64,000 bases of DNA from Verrucomicrobiota bacterium (GTDB lineage: Bacteria; Verrucomicrobiota; Verrucomicrobiia; Verrucomicrobiales; V1-33): positions 70,146-134,145 of the forward strand of contig JAZKFB010000017.1 in assembly GCA_040386695.1 (NCBI GenBank), given 5' to 3'. The notes beneath the pieces were generated by a model, which saw only the letters and a program-made list of their open reading frames with translations, was not told where the DNA came from and made no database searches. This document shows positions 9,671 to 18,377 of this stretch, in pieces. Both the position numbers and the translations under genes were made by a program. The stretch's first letter is position 1. Every line of letters starts with the position of its first letter.

Positions 9671-9716
9671 ACATCCGGCCCACCAGGCGGCGGACTGTCC
9701 CTCCCTGAAATGGTTT

Positions 9717-10010
9717 TCACGGCGCGCTTTTGTCCGGGGCGGCGGCCCTCGCTGTCGCCTCCCGGATGGACGCCGGAATCAGGTCGCGGCGCAGGGCTTC
9801 GGTCAGAAGGTCGATGTGCTCGCCGGGCGTGAGGTCATCGCACGCGCTGGCGACATCCGCCGGCGCGGCATCGGGATGCCCTGCGATGGTGATTTTGACG
9901 CGCGTGGCATCATCCGTGATGGCGTCGCCCGCCAGTTTCATCAGGTCAATCTGATGAGCCTCGAAAAGCTGGCGGATGGAGCGGTTTGTGAACCGTGGAT
10001 TCAGAGTCAT
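9717..10010 (-). CDS. tail assembly chaperone, gpG-like
   Basis: Small ORF between tail tube and gpT-like ORF. Confidence 0.55.
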   Translation of the reverse strand: MTLNPRFTNRSIRQLFEAHQIDLMKLAGDAITDDATRVKITIAGHPDAAPADVASACDDLTPGEHIDLLTEALRRDLIPASIREATARAAAPDKSAP

Positions 10011-10046
10011 GTGGCGGTGTGGTTTTGTGTGGTGGTGGCCGGGCGG

Positions 10047-10484
10047 TCAGACAAACTTGGTGAAGACCGGTTTTCCGGAAACCTTGATGGACATGCCCAT
10101 GCCGATTTTGTCCTTTACCGGGAACGAGGCCCCGGCCTTGGTGAAAAGCCCGGCGAACTGGAAATACCCGCCGCCGGCCGTGTTCGTGAATCCGGGCAGC
10201 TGCACCTGGAAGTTGTGCAGCAGCCGCGCGGCCACCGCATTGTAAAGCGTCTCGTGTGCGGCGGCGGCGCTGTTGAACACGAGATCGAAACTCACCTCCC
10301 CGCCGTCGGCCATGCCCGCCAGGAACTCGTTGAAGTGGTCCGCGCTGTCATGCGTGGTGACGTCGATGGTCTCGACACTGATTTCCGGGCCGGTGAAATC
10401 CCCGACGCTCGCAATCGCCGTGTAACTGCCGGTCTGCGCGTATTGAACCGCCAGAGCGCTGCCGTATGCTGCCTTTTTTGCCAT
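10047..10484 (-). CDS. tail tube protein, copy 2
   Basis: GPEISVETIDVTTHDS...DGGEVSF..., C-terminal IKVSGKP. Confidence 0.85.
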   Translation of the reverse strand: MAKKAAYGSALAVQYAQTGSYTAIASVGDFTGPEISVETIDVTTHDSADHFNEFLAGMADGGEVSFDLVFNSAAAAHETLYNAVAARLLHNFQVQLPGFTNTAGGGYFQFAGLFTKAGASFPVKDKIGMGMSIKVSGKPVFTKFV

Positions 10485-10510
10485 AATTTTTGATGGGTTG
10501 CTGATTGATT

Positions 10511-10960
10511 TTAGGCAGGCGGGGTGAACACCGGACTGCCGGAAACTTTGATGGACACGGAAGCCTTGAGCGCGTCTTTGACGGGGAATGTCTGTCCGGC
10601 CTTCGTGAAAAGGCCGGCGAAGGCGAAGTTCCCCGAATCCCCCGGAAGCGTGATGGTGAAATCCAGAGGAATGCGGCGTTTGACGAGATCAAGAATGCGG
10701 TCATGGCCGCCCTCACCGGGATCAAAGAGCAGATCGAAGGAAAGCTCTCCGCCGTCGGCCATGCCTGGAAGGAACTCGTTGAATCCGTCCGGTGAATCAT
10801 GCGTGGTGACGTCGATGGTCTCCACGCTGATCTCGGGGCCGGTGATGTCCCCGACCTGGTGGATCACAACATCCCCGGTTTCCTCCGGTGTCTCCGGATC
10901 AAAAATGAAATCCGGATCAATGTAGGAAAGGGATGTCCCGTAAGCGGCTTGTTTTCCCAT
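10511..10960 (-). CDS. tail tube protein, copy 1
   Basis: Same motifs as 10047-10484; C-terminal IKVSGSP. Confidence 0.85.
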   Translation of the reverse strand: MGKQAAYGTSLSYIDPDFIFDPETPEETGDVVIHQVGDITGPEISVETIDVTTHDSPDGFNEFLPGMADGGELSFDLLFDPGEGGHDRILDLVKRRIPLDFTITLPGDSGNFAFAGLFTKAGQTFPVKDALKASVSIKVSGSPVFTPPA

Positions 10961-10974
10961 GGTCTTTTAAATCG

Positions 10975-11421
10975 TTATGCGTCCCTCCAGAGGATGCGGT
11001 AGGTGACGGAAATCCGGTGGGCCTCCGCGACGCCGTCGCCGGTGTCGCGGTCCATCGGCTGGGCGAATCCGCCCGGCTCCCGGAAGCAGCCCTGAAGATC
11101 GGCGGGCGATCCCCCGGGGGCCGCGCCGTTGAGCACTCCGGCGATGGCGTCGGTGACGGCGCGGGCGGCGGACAGTGTGCGGGCCTCGCAGTCAAACTGG
11201 ATCAGCGTCTCATCGATTCCCGGATCCTCCGTCGTGGCGCTGTCATGCTGATGGTCGTTGTTGCTGGAAATCTCGTGGAAAATGATTCTGGGCATCGCGC
11301 TGCCCTGCGCGGCCATGCCTCCGAAAATGCGCGCGCCAACCAGCGCCGCCAGCGGGGCATGATTCCGAAGGACCGCCACAAGGGAGACGGCCAGATTGGC
11401 GCTGTGATTGACGGCGGGCAT
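10975..11421 (-). CDS. tail terminator (DUF3168-like)
   Basis: LAALVGARIF...P.I.F..IS...IQFDC pattern; directly upstream of tube genes. Confidence 0.8.
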   Translation of the reverse strand: MPAVNHSANLAVSLVAVLRNHAPLAALVGARIFGGMAAQGSAMPRIIFHEISSNNDHQHDSATTEDPGIDETLIQFDCEARTLSAARAVTDAIAGVLNGAAPGGSPADLQGCFREPGGFAQPMDRDTGDGVAEAHRISVTYRILWRDA

Positions 11422-11424
11422 GGT

Positions 11425-12333
11425 TTACTGGGCGTTGACCAGATTGGTGAGGTCGATCCGTTCCTGCGATGTGAGATCCCGCGCACTGCCGTCATAGAGC
11501 AGATAAAAAACGGAGATGACCGACTTGGTGCCGGACGACACAACGCCGGTGAGGCGGCGGGCGTTGAAATAAACCGTGTTGTCCGTCGTGTATCCGGCGG
11601 CCGCCGGACTCATGCTGGTGGTGGTGTTCTGCGCCAGATCGAGAGTGATCTGCGTGGTATTTTTCCAGAGCGCTGTGTTGCCCCCGTTGGCGGCGCGCCA
11701 GACGATGGTCGCCTCCTCGCCGATGGCCCCGGTGAGCAGCGTGGTGGCGATAATCGGCGGGCTGAATCCGGTGTCACTGACAGCCATCGTCGCGGTTTCC
11801 GTGCTCCAGGCGGAGACCCCTCCCCCCTGCGTCCATCCCCGGTTCTCACCGGGCACGCTGCTTCCCAGGTGGCCGATGAACAGGCTCGCGTCCTCAGGGG
11901 CATTGCCCGCAATGGCGGATTGGAGAATGCGCCGGCGGAAGGTGTAAAGATTGGTGCTGGCGCGGATGCCGGGAACCGTGGCGGTGCCGTATTTGAGGTT
12001 GGCGAGCTGAAGGCCGGTCGCTCCCCACACGGGGGAACCGGTCAGCGCGATGTCGGCGGAGGAATCCGCCCGCAGGCCCCCCAGCGTGTAAAGCGTCGCG
12101 CCGCTTCCTTTGTTGGAGGCCGCCTTGCAGGGGGCGATCAGGCAACGCGCCCAGAGTCCCTGCCGCTTGAGGTAGGCCACCAGCGAATTGAGCGCCCCGT
12201 AATTGGCGGACGCTCCCGCGCGGGTGATGAACTCGGCGGTTTCCGCCTCATAGGTCGAGGTGACCGGCAGCGTCGGAAGCGTGGGGTCGCCGAAGTCCTC
12301 ACTTTCCCGGTAGATTACAAGAGTGTCAGCCAT
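11425..12333 (-). CDS. putative virion structural protein
   Basis: Thr/Gly-rich; FITRAG...LNSLVAYLKRQGLW segment; within the morphogenesis operon. Confidence 0.5.
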   Translation of the reverse strand: MADTLVIYRESEDFGDPTLPTLPVTSTYEAETAEFITRAGASANYGALNSLVAYLKRQGLWARCLIAPCKAASNKGSGATLYTLGGLRADSSADIALTGSPVWGATGLQLANLKYGTATVPGIRASTNLYTFRRRILQSAIAGNAPEDASLFIGHLGSSVPGENRGWTQGGGVSAWSTETATMAVSDTGFSPPIIATTLLTGAIGEEATIVWRAANGGNTALWKNTTQITLDLAQNTTTSMSPAAAGYTTDNTVYFNARRLTGVVSSGTKSVISVFYLLYDGSARDLTSQERIDLTNLVNAQ

Positions 12334-12347
12334 GGTTTTAAAAAAGG

Positions 12348-14876
12348 TCAGCCGATCATTTCAAACGGCAGGCAGTATTGGCGCAGAATGTTTCCGTCGA
12401 TGACGGCGGCGGTGCTGTCCCGCAGTCCGCAGGAGCCCGTCGTGAACCCCGGCGTGCTGCGGGTTTTCGCGATGCCCCCCGTCACTTTCCAGCCGCCGGT
12501 CAGATTGCGCGTCACGGTGATCTGGAGCGTGTCCGGGGCCACGACGGCAATCGAGGCGATGGTGAGGATCCCGACGGAATCCGTCACCTGAAAACCGTGA
12601 TCCGCGAGGCCGGGCAGCAGCGAGTCGTCCAGCACGATGGGGAGCTTCGGCGCGGCAAAAATAATCCGGATCGTTCTCGCCTGGCCGAAAACCCTCACAG
12701 GCTGAAGTGCCCGGAAATGAAGCTTGTCCACGAACCAGAGCCTGAAGGCGTAGGAGAGGTAATACCCCATCAGCCGGTGGCCCGCCGCCGTGCGGTGCAG
12801 CCCGTTGGGCGTCGGCAGGAAATAATCCGGCATCACCAGCATCACATTGGGATGGTCGCGCAGGTCCCACTGGGCCAGGGCGATGTCCGGCCAGACGGTG
12901 GAGTTGTAGCCGACGGTCACAATCATCACCAGGGGGTCAAAATCCTGGCCATGGGCGGCGCGGGCGTCGGCGCACATTTTATCCACCAGGGCGGCAAGCC
13001 TGGCGCGGTAGGTGGCGCGGGGCGTGTGGCGGGAATCCGCGGCGTCCGTCTCCCCCTGATCATAAACGATGGCCAGACAGGTGACGCTGTCGCCGGTGGC
13101 GTTGATCAGGGATTTTGCTGCCGCCATGTGGCTGGTGAGCAGGGGATACCAGCCGCTGGTGCCGGTGGGCGATCCGTCCAGCACGCTGATTTCCGATCCG
13201 CCCTTGCCCGCCGTCGATACGAACATTTTGAACGGGAAGCTGGAGGGCGAGAGGGAGGCGGAAAACTGGATGCTGACGCCGTTGGCCAGCCCGCTGCAGA
13301 AGCTCTCCCCCCGCCCGCTGTCCCCGTCCGGCGCGGGGTCGATGGCCGTCTCCACCAGCGGCGCCAGCGCGGTCAGGTCGCCGCTTCCGGCGCGGGGGCC
13401 GACACCAAAGGAGATGTTTCCGTAAACCTGGGTTGTGGACAGCAGCGGCAGGCCGTCCGCGCCGATGACATTGGATTGCCCGTAGCCATACACGGCGGCG
13501 AACTTGCCGATGACCTCCGTAATGACAGTGCGCGGGGAGAGGCTGGTGGCCGCGCCGGAGCTTGCCCCCTGGAGGGGCCGCCAGTGCCCGTTTTTGTCAG
13601 CCTCGATGACGGCCGGCGCTCCGGCGACGTCAAGCATCATCACCTTGCCGCCGGCCGGGAATTCCACCCATCCGTTTTCCACGCGCGGGAGGAGTTTGGC
13701 TCCCTGCTCCGTGATTTTCGCGGGCGTCGCATAATCGAAAACGTAGTCGGCGGCGGTGGTGGTCGGCTTGAAAAACGTGCGCCCGGCGGGGGTCACCCCG
13801 AGCGCCACGCTGGCCATTCCGTTGTTGTAGCCTCCCGCCATCACCAGGGGGAAAAGGAACTGATCCGCGCCGGAGGTTGTCAGGGTGATGGTGCTCACAA
13901 GTTTTGATGCGCTTCCGGCGCTCTGGACCTCGACGGCGGCGATCCGCTGCGTGGGATCGCCCGCCACGGAGTGCCAGGCGGACGCGCCGCTCTCCTGGTA
14001 GTATCTCCCGTTGCTGGCCGGTGCCGGATCGGCATAAACTGACGCATACCGGGTTTTTCCGGTGGCATTGGCGGCGGCGGGCAGGAGCGCGGCCGTCGCC
14101 ACCGTGAACGCGTCGCCAACCTCCAAACCGGTCACGGCCCCCTGGAGCGCGGCGATCTGCGCGGTCTTCGCCCCGTCTGAATTCAGCAGCGTCGAAATAT
14201 CCGCCCCCATCGCCGCGTCGGCATTCCCCAGCACCGCCAGTTCGGCGCTCAGGGCGTCCTGCGTCACGCGCGACCCCAGGGCATCGGTCAGGACGCTGTC
14301 CGCCGTGGCGCGGGCCGCCGCCTCCTGCTCCAATGCGGCCTCGGTGGCCACAGGATCACCGGTCAGGCCGTTGACCTTTTCCGTGAAGGCGGAAATCTGC
14401 GCCAGCGTGGGATACAGCGGATCAAGCTCCCCCGGAGGGCCGTCCGCCCCGGCGCTCACATCGCGGAAAATAATCTCGCCCGCGCCGAAGGTCCTCCGCG
14501 TCCCTCCGGTGATGGTGCCGTAAATGACGGCCCAGAGGACGCCCTGGCGGGTGCCGAGCGCGATATTGGTGTGCACCGACGTCAGCGGGAAGCGTCCATG
14601 CTGGGCGGTCCCGGCGGACCACTGCGCCAGCGTCAGGGAGTCATTCAGATCGGCCTGCGTCAGTGTCAGTGCCGCCAGCGCGGAATCAGCGCCTTCCCTG
14701 ACGTAAAGCTCGAAAGTCAGATCCTCCAGCCCGTCCAGCGATTCCAGATCGGAAGCGCCCCCGATGAAAAGGGCGACATCAATCCACGTCTCATCCCCCC
14801 GCGAAATCACGGGCCTGCCGAGAGCGGACGGGGAACTGACGCCGCTGAGGGCGATGCGGATTTGAGCGGGGGTCAT
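12348..14876 (-). CDS. virion appendage with SGNH/SASA-type carbohydrate esterase domain
   Basis: GQSN, DQGETD and NGLH catalytic blocks; coiled-coil stalk; N-terminal anchor domain. Confidence 0.7.
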   Translation of the reverse strand: MTPAQIRIALSGVSSPSALGRPVISRGDETWIDVALFIGGASDLESLDGLEDLTFELYVREGADSALAALTLTQADLNDSLTLAQWSAGTAQHGRFPLTSVHTNIALGTRQGVLWAVIYGTITGGTRRTFGAGEIIFRDVSAGADGPPGELDPLYPTLAQISAFTEKVNGLTGDPVATEAALEQEAAARATADSVLTDALGSRVTQDALSAELAVLGNADAAMGADISTLLNSDGAKTAQIAALQGAVTGLEVGDAFTVATAALLPAAANATGKTRYASVYADPAPASNGRYYQESGASAWHSVAGDPTQRIAAVEVQSAGSASKLVSTITLTTSGADQFLFPLVMAGGYNNGMASVALGVTPAGRTFFKPTTTAADYVFDYATPAKITEQGAKLLPRVENGWVEFPAGGKVMMLDVAGAPAVIEADKNGHWRPLQGASSGAATSLSPRTVITEVIGKFAAVYGYGQSNVIGADGLPLLSTTQVYGNISFGVGPRAGSGDLTALAPLVETAIDPAPDGDSGRGESFCSGLANGVSIQFSASLSPSSFPFKMFVSTAGKGGSEISVLDGSPTGTSGWYPLLTSHMAAAKSLINATGDSVTCLAIVYDQGETDAADSRHTPRATYRARLAALVDKMCADARAAHGQDFDPLVMIVTVGYNSTVWPDIALAQWDLRDHPNVMLVMPDYFLPTPNGLHRTAAGHRLMGYYLSYAFRLWFVDKLHFRALQPVRVFGQARTIRIIFAAPKLPIVLDDSLLPGLADHGFQVTDSVGILTIASIAVVAPDTLQITVTRNLTGGWKVTGGIAKTRSTPGFTTGSCGLRDSTAAVIDGNILRQYCLPFEMIG

Positions 14877-15217
14877 GCGCGGCGGCGGGCGGTGATGATG
14901 ATGGTGTCAGGCCGCCCCTCGGGCATGGGGACGGCGGCGAGAATGTCGTAATGTTTCCCCTGCCAGACGATCCGGTCAGTGACGGTGAGTGATTCCAGCG
15001 CGGACTGATGGCGGATCGTGAATCTGTAGTCCTGCGACCCGTGGCGCTCGCGGTCTTTGGCGGCCTCCTGGGTAACCACGCTTGGCACGGCCTCGGCTTT
15101 GGCCCAGACGGACGCCAGCCCGGCCCACGAATCGATCACGCTGCCCTGCGCGTCCGGCACCGGGGCCGGCCGCTGGAGCGTGATCCGGATGTCCATTCTG
15201 CCGATGGCCGGAATCAT
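14873..15217 (-). CDS. head closure protein (SPP1 gp16-like)
   Basis: IGRMDIRITLQ...VWA...FTIRH...DRIVWQGKHYDI. Confidence 0.85.
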   Translation of the reverse strand: MIPAIGRMDIRITLQRPAPVPDAQGSVIDSWAGLASVWAKAEAVPSVVTQEAAKDRERHGSQDYRFTIRHQSALESLTVTDRIVWQGKHYDILAAVPMPEGRPDTIIITARRRA

Positions 15218-15828
15218 TTGATGCCGCCTCCCCACGGCACCCGGCAAGGGTCGAGCATCCAGTCCAGGGATTTCGGGATTTCGGAGACGGACGCGCCGGT
15301 GCTGACAATCTCCCGGTTTTTCTCAAGATGGGCGGACAGCAGCAGGATGGCGTGTTTCAGCGGACCCGGCACGGCGGCGGAATCGGATCCGTAGCCGCTC
15401 CAGTAGGTCACCCGCCAAACGGCATCCTCGGGGCTGCGCGGGCTGTCGATGCCGGAGGGGGAGGCCGTGATCCAGAGCAGCGCGGGCTCGCGGGCGCTCT
15501 GGACCATGAAATCCGTGGAGGCGTGCCACGCTCCGGCGGTGTCCCGGTATTCCAGCAGCACCCCGTCCGGCATCAGGCGCGGGCGGGGCAGCTCCACCGG
15601 CAGATTCCCGCAGCCCGCGTTTTTGATATACGCCGTCCACTGCTGGCGGATCAGGGCGCGCCGGGTTTCCTGCTCGATGCGCTCCCGGGCGGCTGTGAGG
15701 ATCATCGACAGGAGGTTGTCCTCGTCGCTGCCGTCCACGCGCAGATGCGCCTTCAGCTCAAAGAGGGAGACAGGCTCCTCTTCGGGCTGGGTGACACAGA
15801 TGCAGGTGGAGGCGTCGGGGCGGGACAC
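15214..15828 (-). CDS. head-tail connector (HK97 gp6-like)
   Basis: EPVSLFELKAHLRVD...VPGPLKHAILLLSAHL..NRE; start re-called at GTG 15828. Confidence 0.85.
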   Translation of the reverse strand: MSRPDASTCICVTQPEEEPVSLFELKAHLRVDGSDEDNLLSMILTAARERIEQETRRALIRQQWTAYIKNAGCGNLPVELPRPRLMPDGVLLEYRDTAGAWHASTDFMVQSAREPALLWITASPSGIDSPRSPEDAVWRVTYWSGYGSDSAAVPGPLKHAILLLSAHLEKNREIVSTGASVSEIPKSLDWMLDPCRVPWGGGIK

Positions 15829-15832
15829 GGGA

Positions 15833-16090
15833 TTATTTCTTCGGTTTCGCGGGGTTTTTGACGGGCTGCTGCGGGGCGGCGGGATTCTCCGGATCACCTT
15901 CTTCAGGCTCGGATTCACCCTCCGCGGCGACAGGAGGGAGCGGCAGCTCAGCGGGCAGTATGTGGCCACGGCCGGCGCTCTGCAGATCGGTGATTTCCTG
16001 CCCTGTGCAGTCCTCCAGCACATCGCCGGCGGACACGGACACGCCTCCCGCGCGGTAACAATCGGATGTGATTTTGAATTTTAGTTTCAC
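15833..16090 (-). CDS. small head-associated hypothetical protein
   Basis: Usual position after the capsid gene; acidic/Pro/Lys tail. Confidence 0.6.
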   Translation of the reverse strand: MKLKFKITSDCYRAGGVSVSAGDVLEDCTGQEITDLQSAGRGHILPAELPLPPVAAEGESEPEEGDPENPAAPQQPVKNPAKPKK

Positions 16091-16107
16091 GTTTCAGTTC
16101 TGGTTGC

Positions 16108-16137
16108 GATGGCCGGGCGACGTATCACCCGGCCATC
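16108..16137 (-). other. hairpin downstream of capsid gene
   Basis: GATGGCCGGG-N10-CCCGGCCATC; no U-tract. Confidence 0.45.
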
Positions 16138-16160
16138 AGTTTCCCCTGTGCGCCAATTGA

Positions 16161-17591
16161 TCAGGCCGGGAGGCTGGCCATGTCCTTGCACAGCGCGAAG
16201 CTCGCGGCGCGGCGGACGAGAATGTCGTAAAAACCCTCCATCACGAGGCTGTAGAGCCCGGTGATCGCCTGCGCGCGGTCCTGCACCCCTTTGATGTCCA
16301 CCCCGCCCCAGAAACCGAGGATGAAATCAGCCCAGTTTCCGAAAATCAAAGCCGTAGCCGTGGTCAGATCCCCTTTGGTGAGATTGGAGGGAATGAGATT
16401 CGTGGCGTCCGCATGGTAGCCGTTGATCTCGTTATTCTCCCAGAGCATCGCGGACTGACCGGAAACCCGCTGGGTTGTTTTCAGGACGCCCTTGCCGTTT
16501 TTGCTGGTCAGGTAGCCCAGACGGCCCATTGCCGCGTTGGCGACATCCACGGACGTCTCAAGCGCCACAACCTTTCCCCATGTGGGAGCGCCCCCGTTCG
16601 TTCCGATAGCGACAGAGCCGGTTCCGGCGGTGGTCAGGAGACCGGTGGGGTTCTGGCCCGAGCCGGAGCCAGCCAGTCCCTGGCGGTCCACAACGACGGA
16701 GAACTGACGGCGGAGATCCCCCAGAATGAAACCCTCGACATCCGTGGAGGACTGCCGCAGAAGCTGGGTTGTCACATCCACCACGGCGGGAAGACGGCGG
16801 GGCGACATCGTCTTGACGGTGGTGGTCGCGGTCAGCTCATCGGCGCTGCCGGTTTCCGATTTGGTGGCGGGTTCCGCACTGGAATTGGAAAGCGTGGTGA
16901 TGACCGGCATTTCAAGATTCCCCTGAAGGTCACCCAGAACGGTCGCGCCCATGCCGACCAGCACCGCCTGATCCACGAGGGGAAGGATGATCCCCCGGTA
17001 TTCGGTGCGCACAAGCTTGCCGCCCTCGCTGCCGGAGCTGCCCCCTGTCGCGCTCATATCGTTGCGGAAACGCATGTGCTTCATGGCGGCGGCCGGAATG
17101 CCAAGACCCTGAATGTCGATGCCGCGCCCCTGCGCCTCGGAGACCGCCATGTCATGCACATACCGCTCCGCTGGAGTCAGACGGCTGAAATCACCGGTCA
17201 CTTTGGCGAGCATCATTTTGACAATGCTGAAACTGCGGATCGCCTTCGCCTCCTCGCCATTGATGCCGTCCAGCTCCAGCGAGAGGTCGGGACGCTGCCC
17301 TTCCGGGACGCTGGCCAGGTGCTTGGCGTTGTCGGCATTCTTTTCCAGAAGAGCCTCGGTGCCCCGCAGCCTGTCAATCTGATTCAGGATCGTTTCGACC
17401 TGGGTATTGACCTCCTCCGTGAAACCGCCCGGCTTGGCGGAGGAATCGGCAATCAGCTTGTCAGCCTGAGCCTGGAGGGTGGCCATGTCGCGGCGGAGAC
17501 CGGCAAGGGCGCTGATATCCATGAGGACGGGGCCGGTGAAGGCCAGCGCGAGAACGGCGGCGGAGAGGAGGATAAGCGGTTTCTTTTTCAT
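16161..17591 (-). CDS. major capsid protein, HK97 fold
   Basis: Coiled-coil delta domain, GGKLV, GSGSGQNPTGLL, IFGNWADF. Confidence 0.92.
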   Translation of the reverse strand: MKKKPLILLSAAVLALAFTGPVLMDISALAGLRRDMATLQAQADKLIADSSAKPGGFTEEVNTQVETILNQIDRLRGTEALLEKNADNAKHLASVPEGQRPDLSLELDGINGEEAKAIRSFSIVKMMLAKVTGDFSRLTPAERYVHDMAVSEAQGRGIDIQGLGIPAAAMKHMRFRNDMSATGGSSGSEGGKLVRTEYRGIILPLVDQAVLVGMGATVLGDLQGNLEMPVITTLSNSSAEPATKSETGSADELTATTTVKTMSPRRLPAVVDVTTQLLRQSSTDVEGFILGDLRRQFSVVVDRQGLAGSGSGQNPTGLLTTAGTGSVAIGTNGGAPTWGKVVALETSVDVANAAMGRLGYLTSKNGKGVLKTTQRVSGQSAMLWENNEINGYHADATNLIPSNLTKGDLTTATALIFGNWADFILGFWGGVDIKGVQDRAQAITGLYSLVMEGFYDILVRRAASFALCKDMASLPA

Positions 17592-17615
17592 CGTGATTCG
17601 GGTTTGAATTATTGG

Positions 17616-18377
17616 TCAGCGTTTGGCTCTCAGGTGTGCGGCAACTCCGCTCAGCCGCATCTGCGCGGAGCGGAGCCGGGCGGCGGCAAGCCTCGCCCCG
17701 GATTGGTTGTCAGGCTCCGGCGCGGGTGCCGGTTCCGGCTTTGATTTCAAAGCTTCGGCGCGGTCGGCGAAGCCGCGGGCGACGGATTCCTCCGCCGTCA
17801 TGAAGGTTTCCGCGTCCATCCAGCCTTTAATGTCGGCTTCCGCCTGCTCGGCGCGCGCGGCGTAGGTGGCCAGAATGGTGCCGTCGATCTGATCAAGGAG
17901 GGTGGCGGACTGGCGGTGATTTTCCGCTGTGCCCCAGGTCACCGTGGACGCCGGATGAATCATCATCATAGCGTTTCCGGCGATCACAATATCATCCCCG
18001 GCCATGGCGATCACGGAGGCGATGCTGGCCGCGATGGCGTCAATCCTGACCTCGATTTTCCGCCCGGCCTGCGCTGTCTGCCAAGTGATCAGGGCATTGT
18101 AGATGCCCACACCCTCGAAGACGTCGCCGCCCGGCGAATTGATGCGGACGGTGATGGACGCGGAGTCGGCGGGAAGAGCTTTCAGCCAGTCCGTCACATA
18201 CTGGTGGGTGAGTCCGCCACCGTCCCAGTAATCATGCCCGATGCGGTCATACAGCAGCAGCTCGCCGGCGGCGGCTTTGGGACGAGGCAGCCGGGCGGCA
18301 TCGTTCCAGAGCGTGCGCAGACGCTCCGGCATTCCGTTTTTCATCTCCGCGATGTTCGTGATTCTTCCGGGTTTCAT
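17616..18377 (-). CDS. ClpP-like prohead maturation protease
   Basis: INSPGGDVFEG, AASIASVIAMAG, MMIHPA, ETFMTAEE. Confidence 0.93.
   Translation of the reverse strand: MKPGRITNIAEMKNGMPERLRTLWNDAARLPRPKAAAGELLLYDRIGHDYWDGGGLTHQYVTDWLKALPADSASITVRINSPGGDVFEGVGIYNALITWQTAQAGRKIEVRIDAIAASIASVIAMAGDDIVIAGNAMMMIHPASTVTWGTAENHRQSATLLDQIDGTILATYAARAEQAEADIKGWMDAETFMTAEESVARGFADRAEALKSKPEPAPAPEPDNQSGARLAAARLRSAQMRLSGVAAHLRAKR

Noticed and set aside
1211-14876. Diversity-generating retroelement or invertase-driven fibre switching
   Set aside because: No reverse transcriptase, invertase or template/variable repeat pair seen in the window.
16116-16129. Operator-like GGCGACGTATCACC downstream of the capsid gene
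   Set aside because: Three mismatches to the operator and better explained as part of a hairpin.
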